Under the pieces are notes generated by a model. The model saw only the letters and a list, made by a program, of their open reading frames with translations, had not been told where the DNA came from and did no database searches. The translations under genes were made by a program, and so were the position numbers. From a virus: DNA of 64,000 nucleotides. The stretch spans positions 1 to 64,000 of the IMG/VR virus record IMGVR_UViG_3300025652_000032, one strand, 5' to 3'. Positions 57,682-64,000 of the stretch are shown here, in pieces (position 1 is the first letter of the stretch; each line of letters starts with the position of its first letter).

Positions 57682-58223
57682 GGCAGTATTTCACTCACTT
57701 CATAGTAAGTGTATGCAAATGTTGCCGTTGCTAAGATAGGTCCGGGATCAGTATTGGCACTATCGAATTGAATCTCTGTGAGACTGGTAGGGAACATCCG
57801 AGAAAATTCTATACGACGAATGGCCTGCATCTTATTGTTCATCACTAGAATACTGGCATCAGAAAATTGATCTGCTGGTGCTGCTACTCGATCGAACCTG
57901 TCTGTTGCCTTTGTGCTAATCAACCAGTTATATACTTCCAACCAGTTGTTCATGTTTTCGTCTATGATAAACGAAACGGCCAGTGGTTGGTATGTGAAGT
58001 CTTGTCCGGGTAGAGGTGAGTTGATAAGTGCTGTTGGTTGAAATGCTGCTGCACTATCGACGCCTGGTATCTGAACCGACTGAACGAAGTAGTTTAGTGT
58101 GGGTGTTTTTGGACACGAAAACTGAAACGAGATAGGTTGTAGATAACTCTCGTTCGTAATAGTACGATTGTTTACGTCCAGACTCACACCTGCTGGTGGA
58201 ATATTTGGTAGTGGTTTTGCCAT
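57678..58223 (-). CDS. gp3: Tail completion/sheath stabiliser
   Basis: F.F...PT..YF.QSV..PG, F.IDENM.NW.E...W, FPTSL..I.F, ATF.Y. Confidence 0.88.
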   Translation of the reverse strand: MAKPLPNIPPAGVSLDVNNRTITNESYLQPISFQFSCPKTPTLNYFVQSVQIPGVDSAAAFQPTALINSPLPGQDFTYQPLAVSFIIDENMNNWLEVYNWLISTKATDRFDRVAAPADQFSDASILVMNNKMQAIRRIEFSRMFPTSLTEIQFDSANTDPGPILATATFAYTYYEVSEILP

Positions 58224-58241
58224 AAGAAATCTCCTCTACAC

Positions 58242-58249
58242 TATTTATA
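58242..58249 (-). promoter_or_regulatory. Late promoter for gp3
   Basis: TATAAATA then GAGGAG RBS. Confidence 0.8.
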
Positions 58250-58253
58250 CAAT

Positions 58254-58284
58254 AAAAAAGGGGAGAGTCACTAGGACTCTCCCC
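58254..58284 (-). terminator. Intrinsic terminator after gp23
   Basis: GGGGAGAGTC-CTAGT-GACTCTCCCC followed by T6. Confidence 0.9.
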
Positions 58285-58306
58285 TGATTTACGTTTTACT
58301 TACCGA

Positions 58307-59788
58307 TCAGTCAGCAGCGTATACTGAACCGTCACCAAGGCCATGCAGGTTATCTACACGGAAGATTCGGTAATACTGGTTGATACGAACCGAACTGCTC
58401 GGATCTGCGTTCGAGACGAACGGGTTGTTTACCAGTCCGTAACGAGTCTTAAATCCGATCTTCGGCTGGAAGGAGTTCTCACCAACCGCACGAACCATCT
58501 GGAGTGGAACGTATGGGCAGTAGAACATACCAGCATCGTAAGGTGAAGTACCTCTGTAACCGACTGCAACGAAGTTCTTCGAAACAGAGTCAGTACCTGC
58601 ACCTGCGTATGGATCGACGTAAACCTTCATCTTACCGTTGAGGACACCAGCGAAAGTGCTGGCAGTGTCATCGACGTTAAGGTTGACGTTGAGAGCAGGT
58701 GAGATGTTGAGGAATCCACCCATTGCGAGGGCAGAAGCAACGTCTGCGGAACAGACGATGAAGTTACCCTTACCGCGTCGAGTTTCCTTAGCGATTACGT
58801 TTGCTTCACGTTCGATCTGGAACATGAGTCCACGGAATCTTTCAGCACTCCAACGACCGTCGGAGTCAGCATCTAAGTCGTAGATACCACCGAATGCAGC
58901 GGTCGCACCTGCGTGTCCAACGAGGTTAGCAGCAGTAATACCTACGGTCTTACTACGAAGATCGAGGTGCTGGGCACCAAGTTTCGCCTGACGATAGATG
59001 GTTCGAACGACTTCGCGGTTGATTTCAGCAAGGATTTCCGTGCTGAGAATGTTTGCGAGTTCAGTCTCTGCATCTAAACCGTGAACCGCCTTGAGATCCT
59101 GAGCGAGTTCAGTGGTGTACTCTGCCTTGAGGGCGCGAGTCTTAGCAACAACCGATGTTCTCTCGATAGAGAATGCCATCTCGTTGAATGCTTGTCCACT
59201 TGTACCGAGGTTTTCTGCTTCGGTAGTTGTCATTCCAGTACCAGCGTCAAGACCAGTTGCTGGAACGGTAGTTGCACTGTCACCAACACCATAACCCAGA
59301 AGTGGGTCAGCAGTGATACCACTGGTAACAATACCTGCGTGGCCAGCAGTGAGTCCTGCGAACTTGGTTGCTGGTTCGTTGAAGAGTGCCTCTTCACCGC
59401 TCTGATTGATGTACTTGCTCTTCATTGCAAAGATAAGTCCGGTAGGACCTGTCATTGGTTGCACACCACAGATGTCGTATGCCATCAGGTTGGGCATAGC
59501 ACGACGAACGAGAGAGATAAGAATTGGATCGTATCCCTGCATGTTCGAGTTACTGTTGTTTGCAGCAAGACCAAGACCACCTTGGCTAGCGTTAGCAGGT
59601 GCTTCCGAGATGAACTCTCGTCCCTCGGCATGTGCCTGTTCACGAAGAGCATTCTCTTCGTTCTCAAGAAGAATCGCAGTTACGTTCCTCTTATAGTTGT
59701 CGTCGATCGACGGAAGATCTGAATGTTCAAGAAGTGGTTTCCACTTCGAGGTTAATTCGTCTACATTGAATGTGTTATTCGGGTCCAT
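58307..59788 (-). CDS. gp23: Major capsid protein
   Basis: LISLVRR.MP, GVQPM.GPTG, EM.F.IE, R.LKA.Y..EL.QDL, YCPYVPL, F.PKIGFKTRYG. Confidence 0.97.
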   Translation of the reverse strand: MDPNNTFNVDELTSKWKPLLEHSDLPSIDDNYKRNVTAILLENEENALREQAHAEGREFISEAPANASQGGLGLAANNSNSNMQGYDPILISLVRRAMPNLMAYDICGVQPMTGPTGLIFAMKSKYINQSGEEALFNEPATKFAGLTAGHAGIVTSGITADPLLGYGVGDSATTVPATGLDAGTGMTTTEAENLGTSGQAFNEMAFSIERTSVVAKTRALKAEYTTELAQDLKAVHGLDAETELANILSTEILAEINREVVRTIYRQAKLGAQHLDLRSKTVGITAANLVGHAGATAAFGGIYDLDADSDGRWSAERFRGLMFQIEREANVIAKETRRGKGNFIVCSADVASALAMGGFLNISPALNVNLNVDDTASTFAGVLNGKMKVYVDPYAGAGTDSVSKNFVAVGYRGTSPYDAGMFYCPYVPLQMVRAVGENSFQPKIGFKTRYGLVNNPFVSNADPSSSVRINQYYRIFRVDNLHGLGDGSVYAAD

Positions 59789-59843
59789 TGTTGTGTTCTC
59801 CTTGTTTCCTTTTAAACACTTTTTTATTTATGTTTGAGTAAAT

Positions 59844-61100
59844 TTACGAAACTTTGTTTGGTGATGAAGTTCTACTGATTGCTTGTGAATACAATGACAT
59901 TACAGGATCTGTGATTGGATCTTGCACAGTTTCCTCTGAATCTGTCTGGGGTGCTTCATTGAAGAGTTCGGTCTTCTTTGAAAATGCATGAGTACCAAAG
60001 TAACTTTCTTTAATTACGTTGATCTTCTCCCGGTACTGATCTTCTGTCTCGTACTCAATTCCTTCGACTAACGAACGAAGTTTCTCAACCTCGGTGTCCG
60101 CTAAGTCTCTTGATACCTCAGAGAACACACCATCACAGGTGGACTCTAAGATGTCCTTACGGAGTTCTACATTGTTTGTGATCTGCTCATTGAGCGAATC
60201 TTCGAGATCGCTAACCTTGGTTGCGAGTTCTTCAATCAGATCAGTCTTCTCATCGGGGACATCAATGTATGATTCCTCGAAGAGATTCTTGAGTCCGACC
60301 ATGAAGTCTTCGGCGATTTCGGTTCTAAGACCGTTGGTGATTGCGAGTTCATTATCCTTCATCCACTGTTCTACAACATAACCCAGATAATCATCTACTT
60401 TAGTTGTCAACTCATCAGTGATTGACTCAACTTGCTCTGCGAGTTGAGTGTTGTGGTTCTCAGTTAACTCCTCTTCGATTGCAGTGACTCTTTCGTTTAC
60501 TGCTGCTTCGAAGATGGTAGTTGCCTTTGTACGGAAGTCTTCGGTAAGTTCTTCACCAGTGAAGAGAGCGTCAATATGCTCCTTCATGTTTGGTTTCTCA
60601 ACCTTACCCTTACCCTTTTTACCGGCAGGAACATCAGTTGCTTTCTTACCATCAGTTGCCTGGTTGTCGTCAACGTCAAGAATAGTCTTTGCGACGTTCT
60701 TTGCTTGATCCATGTCGGCAGTTTCTTCGACTTCTTCCTTGTCGTCGTCATCGTCTTCACCCTTTTTCTTCTTCAAGTTCTTTACGAACTGGGGTGGGAC
60801 TTTGCCTTCTTCGACTTCCTTATCTTCATCCTCGTCCTCGTCCTCGTCTTCCTCTTTCTTCATCTTAGAAGCGTTCATTTTACCGTAACCTTCTTCGACC
60901 TTAGCGAGTTCTTCTTGAAGACGTTCTGTGATCTCTTCGGATGAAAGAGTCTTCCAATCAGAAAGTGCTTCTGCGATATCATCGTCAGATGCACCATTGT
61001 TTTTCATAAGGGTATGCATCTTGGCCATCTGAAGACCAAGATCTGAGTCAGACATCGATTCGTCTAACTGAACTTCTTTTTCTGTGTTATTAGTAGCCAT
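59844..61100 (-). CDS. gp22: Prohead core scaffold
   Basis: KA.TIFEAAV, DDYL.YVVEQW..DN..A...G. Confidence 0.92.
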   Translation of the reverse strand: MATNNTEKEVQLDESMSDSDLGLQMAKMHTLMKNNGASDDDIAEALSDWKTLSSEEITERLQEELAKVEEGYGKMNASKMKKEEDEDEDEDEDKEVEEGKVPPQFVKNLKKKKGEDDDDDKEEVEETADMDQAKNVAKTILDVDDNQATDGKKATDVPAGKKGKGKVEKPNMKEHIDALFTGEELTEDFRTKATTIFEAAVNERVTAIEEELTENHNTQLAEQVESITDELTTKVDDYLGYVVEQWMKDNELAITNGLRTEIAEDFMVGLKNLFEESYIDVPDEKTDLIEELATKVSDLEDSLNEQITNNVELRKDILESTCDGVFSEVSRDLADTEVEKLRSLVEGIEYETEDQYREKINVIKESYFGTHAFSKKTELFNEAPQTDSEETVQDPITDPVMSLYSQAISRTSSPNKVS

Positions 61101-61134
61101 TTAAAATGCTCCTTTATTTGTTACTACGACCTAT

Positions 61135-61142
61135 TTATATAT
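61135..61142 (-). promoter_or_regulatory. Late promoter for gp22-gp23 (position approximate; a second CATAAATA precedes gp23 near 59830)
   Basis: TATAAATA upstream of AAGGAG RBS. Confidence 0.7.
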
Positions 61143-61150
61143 TTGGGGTT

Positions 61151-61792
61151 TTAGAGTCTACTTAAAAAGTCCTTGAATGCGTTTAGTTTTGTTTCATTGA
61201 GTTCGGCAGAAGATGCTGAACTAATCATCTTCTGATAACTGTCGATAACCTGTTCTCTCATGAGTCCGTTATCCCAAACCCATTGCTTACCTTCCATGAT
61301 TCCGTTAACGAAAGCATCTGGTGCAGATGGGTCTGCCACAATGTCTACAGCAGATAACATGAAGTCCTTCTGAACTTCATTAACTCCGCCTCTTTCTTTC
61401 AAGGTTCCCATACCACGAGACGATACACCTAACTTTGCTCCCTCATCCATCAGATTTTTTACGATCTTTCCGTATGGGGTTTCTAGGATTTTCGCCTTAC
61501 CAATGATATTGTCATTTTCTTCACGAAGGTCGTTGATGATGTGGGACACACGTTCCAGATTGACCGTCGGTCCTTCTGGATGCCCTAATTCACCCATTGC
61601 TCGATTCTTCTGTACATACTCTTTATTATATCGCCTTACTTCATCAAGAAGAGTCTTCTTGGGATATACTCTTCCGTTGCGATTTTTCTTTTCTGCCTGC
61701 ATGAAGATGCCTTCAATGAAGTATTGCTTCTCTCCATTTTTCTCTTCAGTCAGAAATCTAACGTCTTCAGTTGTCTCGGTGATAAGAAACAT
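61151..61792 (-). CDS. gp21: Prohead protease
   Basis: IEGIFMQA...NRNGR.YP, GELGHP, GVSSRG.G, D.VADPSAP.A. Confidence 0.96.
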   Translation of the reverse strand: MFLITETTEDVRFLTEEKNGEKQYFIEGIFMQAEKKNRNGRVYPKKTLLDEVRRYNKEYVQKNRAMGELGHPEGPTVNLERVSHIINDLREENDNIIGKAKILETPYGKIVKNLMDEGAKLGVSSRGMGTLKERGGVNEVQKDFMLSAVDIVADPSAPDAFVNGIMEGKQWVWDNGLMREQVIDSYQKMISSASSAELNETKLNAFKDFLSRL

Positions 61793-62361
61793 TATTTGTT
61801 ATCTCCTATTGCCTTTTTACGGTCCTCTTTGTCCTGAAGACCCTTGATCTTTTCGTTGCTTCTTGCGATGGATTCTTTCTCTCTGGCAATTTCAGTTTCA
61901 ACACCTTCTTCAACCTTCGATGAATGCTTATCCATGAACTTCATCATTTCAGTATCATTCTTGAAAGTGAATTTATACTTTCCCTTACCGACCTTTTTAC
62001 CGCCAGCAGAAACACCATCGGCATCCTTCTTAAACTTTAAGGTTGTGGTGACTGCTTCGTCTACCTCAACCTCTTCGCTCTTGACTGCCTTCTTAACGGT
62101 CTTTCTTCTGTTGTGTAGATACTCATCGCTGCTATCTACATCACCATCGTTATCGATGTCTTTATCTTCACGATCATCGTGATCACCATCGAGTTCGTCG
62201 TGATCAACTGGATCTAACTTTTTCTTTTCGTCGATCGCTTGTGCCAACTCGAACTTCTTTGCTTCGATAGCATCAGTAATCTTTTCTTGCATGATCTGCT
62301 CAAATGCATCGGATGCTGCTTTGAGGTTGTCGATCATGATTGCTGGTACTAGTTTCTTCAT
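61792..62361 (-). CDS. Prohead core protein (gp67/gp68-like) with DxDxDG motif
   Basis: DKDIDNDGDVDSSDEYLHNRR; position between gp20 and gp21. Confidence 0.7.
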   Translation of the reverse strand: MKKLVPAIMIDNLKAASDAFEQIMQEKITDAIEAKKFELAQAIDEKKKLDPVDHDELDGDHDDREDKDIDNDGDVDSSDEYLHNRRKTVKKAVKSEEVEVDEAVTTTLKFKKDADGVSAGGKKVGKGKYKFTFKNDTEMMKFMDKHSSKVEEGVETEIAREKESIARSNEKIKGLQDKEDRKKAIGDNK

Positions 62362-62402
62362 TTGGTGGTCCTTTTCGTGTATTTAATCTACCTAGTATAT
62401 AG

Positions 62403-62591
62403 TTATTCTGATGCCTCAACCTCGGGTTGTGCTTCAACTTCGGGTTGAACATGCATAGAATCCACCGAGATTTCTAGTCGTTTTTGGTGCAGTGCGTTTG
62501 ATGCCCTGTCATTCAGTCCATTTTCTATATGCTGCTTGAATGCATTTGCATTGTTTATCAGTGCAGCATCGATTGCTTTTCTAGAATCCAT
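62403..62591 (-). CDS. Small prohead core protein (gp67-like)
   Basis: MDSRKAIDAAL.NNA.AFK..I...L...A..AL..KR.EI; overlaps portal stop. Confidence 0.65.
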   Translation of the reverse strand: MDSRKAIDAALINNANAFKQHIENGLNDRASNALHQKRLEISVDSMHVQPEVEAQPEVEASE

Positions 62592-64000
62592 CATCATCTC
62601 CTTCATCAGAATCAGAATCGATATCACCAGATGCCGTTTCTGATTTGATCTGTGTATCAATAAGTTTAATATCTTCTTCGCTTTGCTTGAGGATGTTCTT
62701 GCGGACATATTCGATCGAGTAATACTTGCCAATGTAATCGTCTACTGTCTGTAAGAGATCAATACGCTCTTTAAGAAGTTCGTTTTCCTTAAGTTCAGTG
62801 AAGTACGAGTCTTTGGTAAAGTCAAAGAAAATCACATCTTCATACTTTGCCCAATCATCCTCGGTAATAATACCTTTACTCATCAACTGAACTTTGAGAA
62901 GTACAGAGAATAATTCACTAAACTTCTTACGAAGTCTCTCGATGAACTTGAAGAACTTAACTTCGTCTCTTGTAATCTCAGAAGAACGACCCATGTTGAA
63001 TCCGTTCTCTGCTTCTAGTCTAGAGATCGGAACATTCAAGGACTTGTATAGTTTCTTCTGGAAGTACATTACGTCTTCCATCTCGCCTAGATTCTGTCCA
63101 CCATCCAGAGTTGTGATTTCGGTTCCCCGACCACCTTCTCTTCGCGGCATCCAGTAATCTTCAAGCATGGACTGGTGCCTATGTTCATCTCGCATTGCAC
63201 CAGTTGATGCATCATAAACCATTTTATTCTTATAGCGGTTCATGACATCACGCAGATATTGTTCTGCTTTGTTCTTTGGTAAGTTACCTACGTCAACGTA
63301 AAAGATTCTACGTTCAGGGGCCCTAGAGATCCTGTAAATAACAACCGCGTCTTCGATCATGCGAAGTTGATTGAGTGGTTTTATTGCCTTCTGTAGATAT
63401 CCAAGAACACGTTTCTTTGATGAATCAAACAATCCAGAATGACAATATGCAATAGAGTCAGGGGATACTTTGATTCCTTGCTCAGACAAAAGTTTATCTG
63501 ATGTGGTCGCCGTGTTAGATGTTACATCGTCGTTGTCGAGGTAGACATAAAATTCTTCTACAGAATCAATCAGGGAGATTCCAGATTTAGGATCAACCTT
63601 CTTGTTTACCTTGCGAATCTTCTTGATCTTAATCGGATCAACAGGACGCAATTCATGAATACCCTTTTTAGTATTAGACGGATCAAGGATAATGTGGAAG
63701 AATAATTTACCATCCACATACCATCTACGAAATATTTCATATCCCTTATTATAGAAATCAGTTGTCTTGAGAATGAAATCAAACTCTTCTCTAATTTTAT
63801 TCTTGATAGTCTCTGGTGCATCCAGATCATCAAGGTAAATTTCTACTGGTTTCTTGAACCCATCAAAGACAATAGACTCGTTGACGATATCGTCAACGGC
63901 CATTTCGACTTCAGCATGTAATGCCATGTCTCTATATTTTTTAATGAGATCTACATCATTCCTAGATGCACCCTCAAAGTCAACATAGTGATTTCCGAAA
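62581..64000 (-). CDS. gp20: Portal vertex protein (5' end outside the window)
   Basis: RRWYVDG, YRISRAPERR.FY.DVG, EDYW.PRREGGRGTE, F.KFI.RLR. Confidence 0.97.
   Translation of the reverse strand, partial: FGNHYVDFEGASRNDVDLIKKYRDMALHAEVEMAVDDIVNESIVFDGFKKPVEIYLDDLDAPETIKNKIREEFDFILKTTDFYNKGYEIFRRWYVDGKLFFHIILDPSNTKKGIHELRPVDPIKIKKIRKVNKKVDPKSGISLIDSVEEFYVYLDNDDVTSNTATTSDKLLSEQGIKVSPDSIAYCHSGLFDSSKKRVLGYLQKAIKPLNQLRMIEDAVVIYRISRAPERRIFYVDVGNLPKNKAEQYLRDVMNRYKNKMVYDASTGAMRDEHRHQSMLEDYWMPRREGGRGTEITTLDGGQNLGEMEDVMYFQKKLYKSLNVPISRLEAENGFNMGRSSEITRDEVKFFKFIERLRKKFSELFSVLLKVQLMSKGIITEDDWAKYEDVIFFDFTKDSYFTELKENELLKERIDLLQTVDDYIGKYYSIEYVRKNILKQSEEDIKLIDTQIKSETASGDIDSDSDEGDDDGF

Noticed and set aside
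25187-60944. Many 60-210-aa plus-strand ORFs in the track (e.g. 46020-46652, 59081-59722)
   Set aside because: Antisense shadows of well-supported minus-strand genes, with no RBS or motifs.

Overview
A 64-kb segment of a T4-like (marine cyanophage-type gene order) myovirus genome. Right arm, minus strand: head genes gp20 (truncated by the window edge), gp67/68-like, gp21, gp22, gp23, then gp3, uvsY, a dCMP-deaminase-like gene, uvsW, gp55, gp47, gp46, a PLP enzyme/DNA amino-methyltransferase pair, RNase H, gp45, gp44, groES, gp62 and regA. A ~13.5-kb, 14-gene glycosylation cluster follows, then dUTPase, gp43, glutamine synthetase II, uvsX, gp41, gp61, a PiT-like transporter, thyX, a four-gene collagen/beta-helix fibre cassette, class II RNR, an outer-membrane porin and a RuvC-like nuclease. 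Left arm, mostly plus strand: modular, probably encapsidated proteins (including a KxDG ligase-like and a HIGH-type nucleotidyltransferase), HNH, a trypsin-like protease and a u-spanin-like lipoprotein. Most notable observations: (1) AGCT was never seen and AGCC/GGCT almost never in a manual scan of the whole window, while GGCC is common; (2) a probably late-expressed glycosylation cluster plus a Thr-rich collagen fibre suggests phage-encoded virion glycosylation; (3) late promoters repeatedly sit in hairpin arms that hide the RBS or AUG of the downstream gene; (4) a ligase-like/nucleotidyltransferase pair with T4-type capsid-targeting N-termini; (5) P and N nutrient auxiliary genes, with a porin suggesting (inference) a planctomycete/Phycisphaerae-like host. 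No tRNA, rRNA or CRISPR array was seen. All family assignments are from motif recognition only; no searches or computed counts were run.
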